Shown one piece after another: positions 16,301-25,789 of a stretch of DNA of 37,502 nt. Both the position numbers and the translations under genes were made by a program. Every line of letters begins with the position of its first letter. The first letter of the stretch is position 1. The notes beneath the pieces are model-generated. The model was given only the letters and a program-made list of their open reading frames with translations. It did not search any database and was not told the origin of the DNA. Location: contig JAJFIM010000064.1 in NCBI GenBank assembly GCA_021774995.1, positions 1 through 37,502 on the forward strand, given 5' to 3'. This DNA comes from Alphaproteobacteria bacterium. GTDB lineage: Bacteria; Pseudomonadota; Alphaproteobacteria; SMXP01.

Positions 16301-18569
16301 TGACGATGATCGTCAAAAAATCGAAGAAAATAAAAATATAATGCGCCAGTCCAGTGAACCAACAGTCTTTTTACCAGCTCTTTTTTGTTCTCCAACTATG
16401 GAGCTTGGCGTTGATATTTCTGCTCTTAATACAGTTTACTTAAGAAATGTCCCACCTACACCCGCAAATTATGCCCAACGCTCTGGGCGGGCGGGCAGAT
16501 CGGGACAAGCAGCACTGATTGTAACTTATTGTGCAGCCCAAGGGCCACATGATCAATATTACTTCTCTAAACCTGCTGCAATGGTAAGCGGAGTTGTTTG
16601 TCCCCCTGCCTTGGATTTAACAAATAGAGATCTAGTAGAAGCGCATCTTCATGCTGTATGGCTTGCAGAGTCTAGAGAAGATCTTGCCAATGATATCCCC
16701 CATGTGCTGGATTTGAATGAGGAAAGCCTCCCAGTTCAAAAAGAACTTTTTGATGGCCTGTCCACCGGTAGTCTAAATGAGCGATCTCGGATTTCAATGA
16801 AAAGAGTTTTACTCAGCATTACAGATGAATTAGAAAAATTTAACCCGGCATGGGCAAAAGATACGAATGCCTTTGTAGAAAGTGTTGCTGATAATGCGGT
16901 ACAGAACTTTTCTAAAGCTTTTGATAGGTGGAGAGATTTATACAAAGGGGCACGTGCTCAGCTTATAGAGGCAAATAGAAAATCTGAAATGCACGGTTTG
17001 AGTGCGAAAGATAGAAAAGAAGCAAAAATTCAACAAGCTCAAGCAAATGAACAAATAACACTTTTGGAGCGCGGCAATAGCAGCGGTGGTTCCGATTTTT
17101 ATACATATAGATACCTTGCTACAGAAGGTTTTTTACCCGGCTATAATTTCCCCCGTTTACCATTATACGCTTACGTCCCTGCAGTAGGTTTTGGAAACTC
17201 CAAAGCATCCTATCTTCAAAGAGCACGGTTTTTAGCGATTGCAGAATTTGGTCCGGGTAGTCTTATTTATCACGAAGGAAGAGCTTACCGTGTTGTGAAA
17301 GCCAAGCTACCCCCTGGTATAAAAACAGAGGACGGCGGACGCATTGCCACAAATAGCATATACATATGTGATGATTGTGGTGCTGCACATGATAAAGAAG
17401 TGGAAACTTGTTACGCTTGTGGAGCAAGCCTCGCGGGAATACATCCCATAAGAAATGTTTTAAGAATTGATAACGTTGAAACAAAGCCAGCAGAACGTAT
17501 TACGGCGAACGAGGAAGACAGACAAAGGCAAGGATATGATATCCAGACTGTTTTTGCCTGGCCGAACAGAGATGGTGTAGTAGATGTTTGTACCTCTGTT
17601 GCATATGACTCTGAAGGGCCTGTAGTAAGGCTTGATTATGCTCCAGGAACCACAATCAGTAGAATTAACAAGGGCCTTAAACGTCGAAAAGAAAAGAGCA
17701 TCATGGGTTTCGGCATAGATCCATCAACCGGATGGTGGAAAGGTGGATTAGAAAATGCCGAAGAGCAAGAAACACCCGAAGGCGCGGTGACACAAAGAAT
17801 TGTTCCCATTGTTCAGGACAATAAGAACGCCGCACTTCTAAGGCTTCCGACCAAATCGTTATCTGAATCTTCTATGGCAACGCTCCAGCACGCGCTAGTA
17901 CGCGGGCTTGAATTGGTTTTCCAACTTGAAGAAGGTGAAACACTTGCTGAACCTGTTCCGTCAAACGAGAATAGAAGTGCAATTCTTTTCTATGAGGCAA
18001 CAGAGGGTGGCGCGGGCGTTTTAGGAAGATTATTAAGTCAACCTGATACTCTTGCAAATGTTGCAAGAACAGCGCTCGAGTTAATGCACTATAAAAATAT
18101 TGATAAGGCAGCAAAAACTGGAGATGTAATTTTACTGGAAGAGGAGAAAAATGCTCAATGCGTCAAAGGGTGTTACAGATGCCTTTTATCATACTACAAC
18201 CAGCCAGATCATGAACATATTGACAGAACAGACAATGATGTTCTGCAGTTATTGCTTAAAATGGCAGATAGCTGTGTAAAAGAGGAAAATAAATTTACAA
18301 ACACGCTATCCACTAATGAAAAAAACGACTGGCATGTGGCCATAAAAAATTGGGAAATTCCAAGCCCTGATGCAGAACCGCTAAAGTTAGATAAAATGAC
18401 GTTTACACTGGTTTGGAGGCCTTTTTTGACAGTTGCCGTCACAGATTCTGTAGAAAAGGAGCAAAAAGAAAAAATTGAAGCTTTGGGCTTCACTGTCATA
18501 GAACTCCCATCTTCTCCCGGATCTACTCCTCCTAAGAATTTATCAAAAACACTCGGGGTTGCTGCATGA
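13389..18569 (+). CDS. 1726-aa DEAD/DEAH-box helicase fused to a DUF1998 (MrfA-type Zn-binding) domain; DrmA+DrmB-like fusion / DruE-like
   Basis: Walker A is TTGTGSGKS (about 13707). Motif II is LDELHTYRGRQGADV, motif III is GTSATM, and motif VI is AQRSGRAGRSGQ (about 16480). The DUF1998 hallmarks are EGFLPGYNFPRLPL (about 17130), the Cys cluster CDDCGAAHDKEVETCYACG (17367-17420), and the terminal CVKGCYRCL (18159-18182). Confidence 0.9.
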   Translation: MNVFDLDKSLLQDYERFARSFTRIKAEDIKTQVDELYASNRFWPEPLITINPHYERGSSVTDLVSQGLLHPDTAKIFQIDDNPIILHRHQTQAVSKACAKNSFVVTTGTGSGKSLCFFVPIVDQAVRARSEGQEQKTRAIIVYPMNALANSQLKEIEKFIEQSGLPEHLKPSFARYTGQESTEERERIMKSKPDILLTNFMMLELLMTRQNKLDSTVINNAKDLDFIVLDELHTYRGRQGADVAMLVRRLKDRLCRDKEPICIGTSATMASEGDTAETVAEVASKLFGASIGSDAVIDESLQRATNPELTLKVIKKDLPLVIDEEIPEKISDATLQNHPLAIWIELEIGLSDQQKLKRRTPVTLDDAAKRLSKEINCNEVRCREQLEKILTLMNMPEVDRGGKNERAFMAFKLHQFISGAGHVYATLKSKGHRKITLEGQRFDPENTNSRLYPSFFCRNCGQEYHPVTLSQESGIDRFIPRGIDETPLDDENTGDIAGYLMPEPENDPEFVFTASPDDESFPEEWIEQGPKGSRVRKEKKKFIPLQYNVEANGEPSSVGIRAWFLPGKFRFCLCCKDQPAGQTRERNKLAGLSAEGRSSATTLLVSSALRWMNKNKDIPEDKRKLLCFTDNRQDAALQAGNFNDFLFVSLLRAATFAAVKQAGEKGLAEDEFGAQIQKALGFNAENINRRREWMQDSEIKGVGIYDAERILSRVLSYRVWTDQKRGWRYTNPNLEQLGLVTAKYVGIDDIASDQEFLSNLNVQGFQLEPSLLKEVLGIVLDTLRKGLAVTTDSLNRTNTDTISQSSRQLLREPWSISQNEIPSIASYLIIDAPRRDESGLRGEYLIVRGGPRSALGKKLNKEKYWGRRLTGEEYKVLIDNLLRVASEYQLVRRVSTPFDVDGWQLSANAIRLIHEESATEEKNKYFIDLYKSLSDILINGGDGIFGIEGREHTAQVDQERREWREWRFRWNDDDRQKIEENKNIMRQSSEPTVFLPALFCSPTMELGVDISALNTVYLRNVPPTPANYAQRSGRAGRSGQAALIVTYCAAQGPHDQYYFSKPAAMVSGVVCPPALDLTNRDLVEAHLHAVWLAESREDLANDIPHVLDLNEESLPVQKELFDGLSTGSLNERSRISMKRVLLSITDELEKFNPAWAKDTNAFVESVADNAVQNFSKAFDRWRDLYKGARAQLIEANRKSEMHGLSAKDRKEAKIQQAQANEQITLLERGNSSGGSDFYTYRYLATEGFLPGYNFPRLPLYAYVPAVGFGNSKASYLQRARFLAIAEFGPGSLIYHEGRAYRVVKAKLPPGIKTEDGGRIATNSIYICDDCGAAHDKEVETCYACGASLAGIHPIRNVLRIDNVETKPAERITANEEDRQRQGYDIQTVFAWPNRDGVVDVCTSVAYDSEGPVVRLDYAPGTTISRINKGLKRRKEKSIMGFGIDPSTGWWKGGLENAEEQETPEGAVTQRIVPIVQDNKNAALLRLPTKSLSESSMATLQHALVRGLELVFQLEEGETLAEPVPSNENRSAILFYEATEGGAGVLGRLLSQPDTLANVARTALELMHYKNIDKAAKTGDVILLEEEKNAQCVKGCYRCLLSYYNQPDHEHIDRTDNDVLQLLLKMADSCVKEENKFTNTLSTNEKNDWHVAIKNWEIPSPDAEPLKLDKMTFTLVWRPFLTVAVTDSVEKEQKEKIEALGFTVIELPSSPGSTPPKNLSKTLGVAA

Positions 18570-21331
18570 GCCTTTCTATATCACCAGGAGATCTTGTAAC
18601 CGCACGTGGTAGGGAATGGATAGCCCTCCCTTCACCAGAAAACGATTGTTTGTTTCTACGTCCCTTATCAGGTAGTGAGGAAGACTCTCAATATATAGCT
18701 CCTGATTTAGAACGTGAGCCTGTTCGGCTAGCTAGGTTTTATTTACCATCTAAAGAAGAGATTTCATCACAAGACGGCGCAAGATTATTATCAGAAGCTT
18801 TGAAATTGTCATTGCAGCGCGGTGCAGGACCTTTCCGCTCAGCTGGTAGGCTGTCTTTCGACCCCAGAGCCTACCAGTTAGTGCCATTATTAATGGCTCT
18901 TCGGTTGGCCACTGTCCGATTACTGATTGCTGATGACGTGGGGATTGGAAAAACCATAGAAGCTGGTTTAATCCTAAGGGAGTTTATAGATAGAGGGGAG
19001 ATTGATCGTTTCTCCGTTTTATGCCCTCCACATCTTGTTGAGCAATGGAGTGACGAGTTAAAATTAAAATTTGATATCGATGCCGTTTCTGTCACATCTA
19101 GTTCCGCAGCGAAACTTGAGAGATCATTATTGGATTCCCAATCACTCTTTGATGCTTATCCATATACCATTGTAAGCCTAGATTACATCAAGGCAGATAA
19201 ACGTCGAGACAATTTCGCAAGAGCTTGCCCGAAATTCGTAATTGTGGATGAAGCTCATGCATGTGTTGGTACGCATAAGGGCAAGCAGCAAAGATTTGAG
19301 CTGCTTAAACGCCTTACAGCGGATGAAGAGCGGCACATGATCCTTCTTACTGCCACACCTCATAGCGGTGATGAGTCTGCTTTTGATCGCTTACTAAGCT
19401 TACTTAATGAAACCTTTGCCGGTCATTCCCTTGAGGATGAAAATTCTCGTATCCAACTGTCACGCCATTTTGTTCAGAGACGGCGCATTGATATTGTCGG
19501 ACGTGAGTGGGGGGAAGAAAACACATTCCCTAAGCACGAAACAACTGAAAACACCTATTCTCTAAATAACGAGCATCGTAATTTTCATGAAGCTATCTTG
19601 GACTACTGCTTAGAAATTGTTGAAAAAGCAGGACAAGATCAGAGGAAAAGACGTTTAGCATTCTGGGGGACGTTAGCATTAATGCGTTGTGTTGGATCTT
19701 CTCCCGCTTCTGCATTGAGTGCTTTGCGTAACAGAATTTCAGTTAATCCTGATAGCCTCGAAGAGCAAATTTTTGATGATGACGCAGACGAAAATGATGC
19801 GGCAGATGTAGAACCTTCCTCTGGGTTCTCTGGAGATTCACAACTGCAGTCATTGATTACACAAGCTGAACTTTTGACAAAATCTAGTGACCCTAAATTG
19901 GAAGAGACTATTAAAGTTCTTAAGCCTCTGATTAAAGAAAAGGCCAATCCGGTGATTTTTTGCCGTTATATAGCGACTGCTCACCATGTCGCAAAAGGGT
20001 TAAGAAAAATATTTCCAAAACTTCGCATTGAAGTAGTGACAGGCGAACTCGCCTCTGAAGAACGACGAAGGCGGGTTGAAGATATGGCAAAATCAGATCA
20101 GAGGCTATTGGTCGCAACAGACTGTCTGTCCGAAGGTATCAATTTGCAAGATTTGTTCGATACAGTCTTGCATTACGACCTTTCTTGGAATCCTACACGT
20201 CATCAACAACGGGAAGGACGTGTTGACCGTTTTGGACAAACTGCACCACTTGTTAGATCAGTTTTGCTTTATTCTCCCGATAGTGCAATTGACGGTGCTG
20301 TTCTTGATGTGATTTTAAGAAAAGCCGAAGCAATCCGCAAAGCAACTGGTGTAACAGTACCCTTACCGGAAGAGCGTGGTGCTATAACCAATGCTCTGAT
20401 GAAGGCAGTATTACTTCGTAAAAGTGATAAACTTCAATATGAGCTTGACCTTTTTGACGACTATCAAAAGGTAGAGGCTCGCTGGAGAGATGCAGAAGAA
20501 GGCGAGAAGCGTTCGCGCACACGTTTTGCCCAGAATGCCATTAAACCGGAAGAAGTAGCCCCGGAATGGAAAAGATGGAAAAAACTTCTGGGTACATCAG
20601 AAGAAGTTGAGCGTTTCATAATGCGCTCAATGAGTCGATTTGATGCTGCTCTGGAGCCTTCAAAAAACTATACATATTTAGCTCATCTTGAGGCACTTCC
20701 CTCTGCTCTTGTTGAAAGACTGGAAAATAGAAATCTGCGAGGATCAATCAACGTAGCTTTTACTGAAGACCGCACTCCATCAGGAGCCAAGATTATTGGA
20801 CGAAACCATCCATTAACCAGCATTTTGGCAGAGTCCCTTTTTGAAGGAGCACTTGACCCTATTTCAAGTCCGCTTGACCCTCTTGGGCGTATGGGAGCAT
20901 GGACGACCGCTGACGTACAATCAATGACAACATTAGCACTTCTCCGCCTACGCTATAAACTGACTGTTCATGGTCGAAAAGAGCGCGTCCTTCTTGTCGA
21001 AGAAGCTGAAGCTCTTGCTTTCGAAGGGCTGTCCGACCAGCCTATATTAACAGGAGAGCAAGCCAGAAACCTTTTGGAACATAAGGCTGCAGGTAATATT
21101 ACGGACACAGCCAGAGATCGTCTTTTACAGCAAGCACATGAGCGCATTTCTCAAGCTTTAGACAACAGCATTTCTGTTTATGCTCAAGAGCGTGCTGTCC
21201 TGCTAGAAAAAGAACATGGGCGTGTACGTGATTGCTATCCATCCCATATAACAGCGCCAAAGGTCAGTGTTGAGGTTGTCTTGCCAGCGGATATCGTGGG
21301 CATTTTTGTTTTAGTTCCGGCGGGGGTGTAG
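18566..21331 (+). CDS. SNF2-family helicase (DrmD-like)
   Basis: ADDVGIGKTIEAG (motif I), IVDEAHAC (motif II), LLTATPHSG (motif III), LVATDCLSEGINLQ, and HQQREGRVDRFGQ (motif VI). There is an ATGA overlap with the upstream gene. Confidence 0.9.
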   Translation: MSLSISPGDLVTARGREWIALPSPENDCLFLRPLSGSEEDSQYIAPDLEREPVRLARFYLPSKEEISSQDGARLLSEALKLSLQRGAGPFRSAGRLSFDPRAYQLVPLLMALRLATVRLLIADDVGIGKTIEAGLILREFIDRGEIDRFSVLCPPHLVEQWSDELKLKFDIDAVSVTSSSAAKLERSLLDSQSLFDAYPYTIVSLDYIKADKRRDNFARACPKFVIVDEAHACVGTHKGKQQRFELLKRLTADEERHMILLTATPHSGDESAFDRLLSLLNETFAGHSLEDENSRIQLSRHFVQRRRIDIVGREWGEENTFPKHETTENTYSLNNEHRNFHEAILDYCLEIVEKAGQDQRKRRLAFWGTLALMRCVGSSPASALSALRNRISVNPDSLEEQIFDDDADENDAADVEPSSGFSGDSQLQSLITQAELLTKSSDPKLEETIKVLKPLIKEKANPVIFCRYIATAHHVAKGLRKIFPKLRIEVVTGELASEERRRRVEDMAKSDQRLLVATDCLSEGINLQDLFDTVLHYDLSWNPTRHQQREGRVDRFGQTAPLVRSVLLYSPDSAIDGAVLDVILRKAEAIRKATGVTVPLPEERGAITNALMKAVLLRKSDKLQYELDLFDDYQKVEARWRDAEEGEKRSRTRFAQNAIKPEEVAPEWKRWKKLLGTSEEVERFIMRSMSRFDAALEPSKNYTYLAHLEALPSALVERLENRNLRGSINVAFTEDRTPSGAKIIGRNHPLTSILAESLFEGALDPISSPLDPLGRMGAWTTADVQSMTTLALLRLRYKLTVHGRKERVLLVEEAEALAFEGLSDQPILTGEQARNLLEHKAAGNITDTARDRLLQQAHERISQALDNSISVYAQERAVLLEKEHGRVRDCYPSHITAPKVSVEVVLPADIVGIFVLVPAGV

Positions 21332-21334
21332 ATC

Positions 21335-24300
21335 ATGGCAAAAATTCGTAAATCCTCTTCCATCATTTTCGACTCCCTGACACTGGAAGGTAGCCTGATT
21401 GCCCCGGCCATGCTGGAACGCATTGCTGCTCGTGAAGCCGGAGAGCAGAGCGAAACGGCCTATAGCATCCCCAAAGGGCTGACCTTGCGTGATGAAATTG
21501 CCCGCTATTTCCGCATCGGCCAAGCCCTGTTTGATGAACTTAATAAATCAGACGAACCCACTACAGCAGCAACAATCAGCTTCACAGAAAACCTTTTGCG
21601 CGATATTTTCGCTTTTCAAGACATTAAACATACAAGCACTCGCACGCTGGATGAGCACAACTATGCTGTCACGCTGGAAGCACTTGATGGTCGTGTGCCG
21701 GTTGTGATTGTTCCTCCATCAGATGCTCTTGATCGTGCCAGTGATCACTTGCCAACGGATGGTCGCAAACGCTCTGCTGCGACCGCTATCCAAGATTGGT
21801 TAAATGCGGATGAAGATTCGTTATGGGGCTTCTGCTGTAACGGCGATCGTCTACGTCTTGTTCGTGACAACGCTAGCCTGACTCGTCCGGCTTATATTGA
21901 GGCCGATCTGCGCCAGATTTTTGAAAACGATAATTTTGCTGACTTTACAGCTCTATGGCTCTTGATTCATGTCAGTCGTTTTGGGCTAAAAGATTCCTCC
22001 GTTTCCGATTGCGCACTTGAACGTTGGAAAGAATCCGGTAGCAAAGAAGGCGTTGCTGCCCGTGATCGTCTGCGGGACGGAGTACAGGAGGCTCTTCTTG
22101 CTCTTGGAAACGGTTTTCTGGCGCACACTCAAAATGATGATTTACGGCAGAAAATTGAAAATGGCGAACTTCCGCTACAAGACTTCTTTACCCAGCTTTT
22201 ACGCCTTGTTTACCGTATGATCTTTTTACTGGCCGCAGAGGATCGCAATCTCCTTCACACACCAAATGCAGTTATTGCTGTTCGTAAGCTCTACCAGGCC
22301 GGTTATTCCCTTGATAATTTACGGAAACAATCTATTCGCCGTGCTGCCTGGGATCGTCACTATGATAAATGGGAAGGTCTACTGATTGTTTTTGCCGCTC
22401 TGGCAAATGGAGAAGAACGCCTCGGCCTCCCTGCACTCAGCGGATTATTCGCAAGCGATACAACGCCTGATCTGGATCAAGCACACTTATCCAACAAATC
22501 ACTGATGGAGGCCATTTACCGTTTAGCCTGGTTGAAAGAAGACCACCGTCTAACTCCAGTTAATTGGCGGGATATGGAGACAGAAGAATTAGGTTCTGTC
22601 TATGAAAGCTTGCTGGAGCTAACCCCGCGTCTAAACGGTGATGGCTGGCGTTTTTTCTTTGCAGAGGGAGCAGAAACAAAAGGAAATGCTCGCAAGACCA
22701 CTGGTAGCTATTATACGCCTGACTCGTTGGTACAGGCCTTACTCGACTCTACGCTTGATCCCGTTTTGGATCGGGTAGAGCGGGAAAGCGAAAATCCAGA
22801 GAAAGCGTTGCTCTCTCTTTCTGTTATTGATCCGGCCTGTGGTTCCGGCCACTTCCTGTTGGCTGCGGCGCGGCGGATTGCCAGCCGGGTGGCGCGTTTA
22901 CGCGCTGGCGGTGTAGCCTCAGCGGAAGATTATCGCCATGCCCTGCGCGATGCCGTGCGCAACTGCGTTTACGGTGTGGATCGTAATCCGATGGCGGTAG
23001 AGCTAACCAAAGTCGCACTTTGGATTGAAACCGTTGAACCGGGCAAGCCGCTCGGTTTTCTCGATGCCAATATTCGCTGCGGTGATGCACTGCTCGGCGT
23101 ATTTGATCTGGAAACCCTGCGCGAAGGTATTCCCGATGCGGCTTATAAACCGCTGACCGGTGATGATAAACCCACAGCAAGAGATTACGCCAAGCGTAAC
23201 AAGGCAGAAAAAGGGGGGCAAGGCACTCTTGATTTTTCCAGAGGAAAATCCGCACTGCCGCCACCGCCACCACTGGCAAAAGCAGCCAAACACCTCCGAA
23301 ATCTGCCCGAGGACAGCGTTAAACAAATTTCCGAAAAGAAACAAAAATTCGTAGCGGCACAAAATGATCCCCAGCGACAAAAATGGCGCGTGGCAGCAGA
23401 TATGCTTGTCGCTGCCTTTCTGGCCAAGAAAACAAAAGATGACCCGCCAGACAAAATATCATCTACCATTCCCACCACGGCGCATATGTGGCAACAACTC
23501 ACAGATGGTTGTTCTCATGGTCCTTTGCTGAACAAAGTACAAGATCTAGCCAGTAAAGCCCGCGCTTTCCACTGGCCGCTTGAATTTCCGGAAATCACGG
23601 AACGTGGTGGTTTCGATGTTGTGCTCGGAAACCCGCCGTGGGAACGCATAAAATTACAAGAGCAAGAGTTCTTTGCTTCTCGTGACACAGAAATCGCAAA
23701 GGCTCCTAACGCTGCCGCCCGGAGAAAATTAATTTCTGCATTGGCACAGGCCATGCACGGATCCCGTGAACGATCTTTGTTTGATGAATTTGAAGAAGCC
23801 AAACGTCTGGCTGAAGCTGCCTCTCTTTTTTCGCGTGAAAGTGGACGTTATCCGTTTACGGGACAAGGAGATGTTAATACATATGCTCTCTTCGCCGAGC
23901 ACTTTAAGAACATGATCAGCCTACATGGACAAGCTGGAGTGATTGTTCCGACAGGCATTTCTACAGATTCTACAACTGCACCTTTTTTTGCCTCCTTAGT
24001 AAAAGAAAAACAGTTGGTTAGATTGATTGATTTTGAAAATCGCGAGAAAATTTTCCCTGCTATTGATAGTCGTATAAAATTTTGTCTACTTACTATGGGG
24101 AATAATGTGGAGAAAGCCGCTTTCTCTTTCTTTTTAACAAATCCTTTGCAAATGTCTGAGGAAGAACGACAATTTACTCTGTCTCCAGAACAAATTGTTA
24201 ATATCAATCCCAACACTAAAACTGCCGCCATATTTCGTTCTCGTAGAGATGCGGAACTAGCTTCCAAAATCTATAGTTCCTTTCCTATTTTGTTTAAGGA

Positions 24301-25789
24301 AAATAATAAACATGACGGTAATTTATGGAGTATATCTTTTATGACTATGTTTCATATGTCTGGAGATAGCGATCTGTTTTATACAGCCAATCAATTAACG
24401 AGAAAGGACTTTAAAAGTATTGGTATTAACTGGGTTCTAGGACAGGAAAATTATGTGCCTTTATATGAAGGAAAAATGGTTCATTTATATGATCATAGAT
24501 TCAGCACCTTTGAGAATTACACACAACGGCCGCCTAAAGGAGCTAGTTTGCCTAACCCCAATAGTGAACAGCTCTCAAATCCCAATTATGCAGTTGCTCC
24601 TTGGTATTGGGTTGAAAAAGATCACGTTGAAAACAAGCTCTCTAATTATGATAAGAATTGGCTTTTGGGGTTCAGAGATTCTACAAATGCTACAAATGAA
24701 AGAAGTCTTATAGTTTGCGTTATTCCCAAAGTTGGATTAAATCACAAATTTCCAATTATTATTTCGCCATATCCATCAAAAACTCTTTGCTGCCTGTATG
24801 CTAATTTGGCATCAATTATTCTTGATTATATTGTTCGCCTTAAATTAGGTGGAACATCAATGACATATCATTACGTCAAGCAGTTTCCAATACTTCCTCC
24901 TTCCACTTACACAAATACTGCTCTCGACTTTATCGTTCCGCGCGTGCTGGAGCTAACCTATACCAGTCACGCGATGGAACCTTTTGCCCGTGATTTGGGT
25001 TATGATGGGCAGCCATTTGCTTGGGATGAAGAGCGCCGTGCTCTACTGCGGGCGGAACTAGATGCTTGGTATGCCAATGCCTACGGTTTGACCCGTGATG
25101 AGCTACGCTATATCCTTGATCCTGCTGATATCATGGGAGAGGACTACCCATCTGAAACCTTCCGCGTCCTTAAGAATAAGGAAATCAAGGAATACGGTGA
25201 ATACCGCACAAGCCGCCTCGTACTAGAGGCTTGGGACAGGATGTATGAGGAAGAGATTCAAATACCCGTACAACAAATCTCTGCAAATGCATGGGCAACA
25301 CCGCCCGCTGTGCTGCCTCAAAACATCGCCATGTTTGCCATTATGGATATTATGCACACAATGGGACAGAACGTACCGGAGCAAAAAGCCCGCCTGGCGG
25401 CTCTCTTAGCGCGAAAACCAGCACTGGCGCTTCCCTTCATGGATGATACACAAAAAGCGGAATGGCAGCGTGTGGTTGGTCAGGAAGCTCAACCTTTGCC
25501 CGATAATGTTGTTCCGATTACCGACTTTCAGAATAATCAGGGCGCAGACCATGCCTGGGGCGAAGCAATGCGTCAGCTTGAAGGTTCAGGCGCACTGATC
25601 CGGCAAAACGGCATCTGGTCGACGGGAGTACAACCTGGCTCCTCGGGACAGGGCTGGATGGAAAGCCGCGTGCAAGAAATAATAGACATTGTTGATAACA
25701 TCGATGATATCCAAGCCGCATACGACAATATAATCATCTTATTCCTGCAGGAGGTCCACAATGGTGCGGCAAGGCGAGCTGTTTCCTAG
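21335..25789 (+). CDS. 1484-aa gamma-class N6-adenine DNA methyltransferase (Eco57I/DrmMI-like)
   Basis: GSYYTPDSLV, motif I VIDPACGSGHFLLAAARRI, VYGVDRNPMAVELTKVALW, and motif IV VVLGNPPWERIK. There are large N- and C-terminal extensions. The gap to the SNF2 gene is 3 nt. Confidence 0.9.
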   Translation: MAKIRKSSSIIFDSLTLEGSLIAPAMLERIAAREAGEQSETAYSIPKGLTLRDEIARYFRIGQALFDELNKSDEPTTAATISFTENLLRDIFAFQDIKHTSTRTLDEHNYAVTLEALDGRVPVVIVPPSDALDRASDHLPTDGRKRSAATAIQDWLNADEDSLWGFCCNGDRLRLVRDNASLTRPAYIEADLRQIFENDNFADFTALWLLIHVSRFGLKDSSVSDCALERWKESGSKEGVAARDRLRDGVQEALLALGNGFLAHTQNDDLRQKIENGELPLQDFFTQLLRLVYRMIFLLAAEDRNLLHTPNAVIAVRKLYQAGYSLDNLRKQSIRRAAWDRHYDKWEGLLIVFAALANGEERLGLPALSGLFASDTTPDLDQAHLSNKSLMEAIYRLAWLKEDHRLTPVNWRDMETEELGSVYESLLELTPRLNGDGWRFFFAEGAETKGNARKTTGSYYTPDSLVQALLDSTLDPVLDRVERESENPEKALLSLSVIDPACGSGHFLLAAARRIASRVARLRAGGVASAEDYRHALRDAVRNCVYGVDRNPMAVELTKVALWIETVEPGKPLGFLDANIRCGDALLGVFDLETLREGIPDAAYKPLTGDDKPTARDYAKRNKAEKGGQGTLDFSRGKSALPPPPPLAKAAKHLRNLPEDSVKQISEKKQKFVAAQNDPQRQKWRVAADMLVAAFLAKKTKDDPPDKISSTIPTTAHMWQQLTDGCSHGPLLNKVQDLASKARAFHWPLEFPEITERGGFDVVLGNPPWERIKLQEQEFFASRDTEIAKAPNAAARRKLISALAQAMHGSRERSLFDEFEEAKRLAEAASLFSRESGRYPFTGQGDVNTYALFAEHFKNMISLHGQAGVIVPTGISTDSTTAPFFASLVKEKQLVRLIDFENREKIFPAIDSRIKFCLLTMGNNVEKAAFSFFLTNPLQMSEEERQFTLSPEQIVNINPNTKTAAIFRSRRDAELASKIYSSFPILFKENNKHDGNLWSISFMTMFHMSGDSDLFYTANQLTRKDFKSIGINWVLGQENYVPLYEGKMVHLYDHRFSTFENYTQRPPKGASLPNPNSEQLSNPNYAVAPWYWVEKDHVENKLSNYDKNWLLGFRDSTNATNERSLIVCVIPKVGLNHKFPIIISPYPSKTLCCLYANLASIILDYIVRLKLGGTSMTYHYVKQFPILPPSTYTNTALDFIVPRVLELTYTSHAMEPFARDLGYDGQPFAWDEERRALLRAELDAWYANAYGLTRDELRYILDPADIMGEDYPSETFRVLKNKEIKEYGEYRTSRLVLEAWDRMYEEEIQIPVQQISANAWATPPAVLPQNIAMFAIMDIMHTMGQNVPEQKARLAALLARKPALALPFMDDTQKAEWQRVVGQEAQPLPDNVVPITDFQNNQGADHAWGEAMRQLEGSGALIRQNGIWSTGVQPGSSGQGWMESRVQEIIDIVDNIDDIQAAYDNIIILFLQEVHNGAARRAVS

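Noticed and set aside
22824-23802. Multiple 95-151-aa minus-strand ORFs inside the methyltransferase gene
   Set aside because: These are shadow ORFs produced by the very GC-rich segment of the MTase gene. The + frame carries motifs I and IV.
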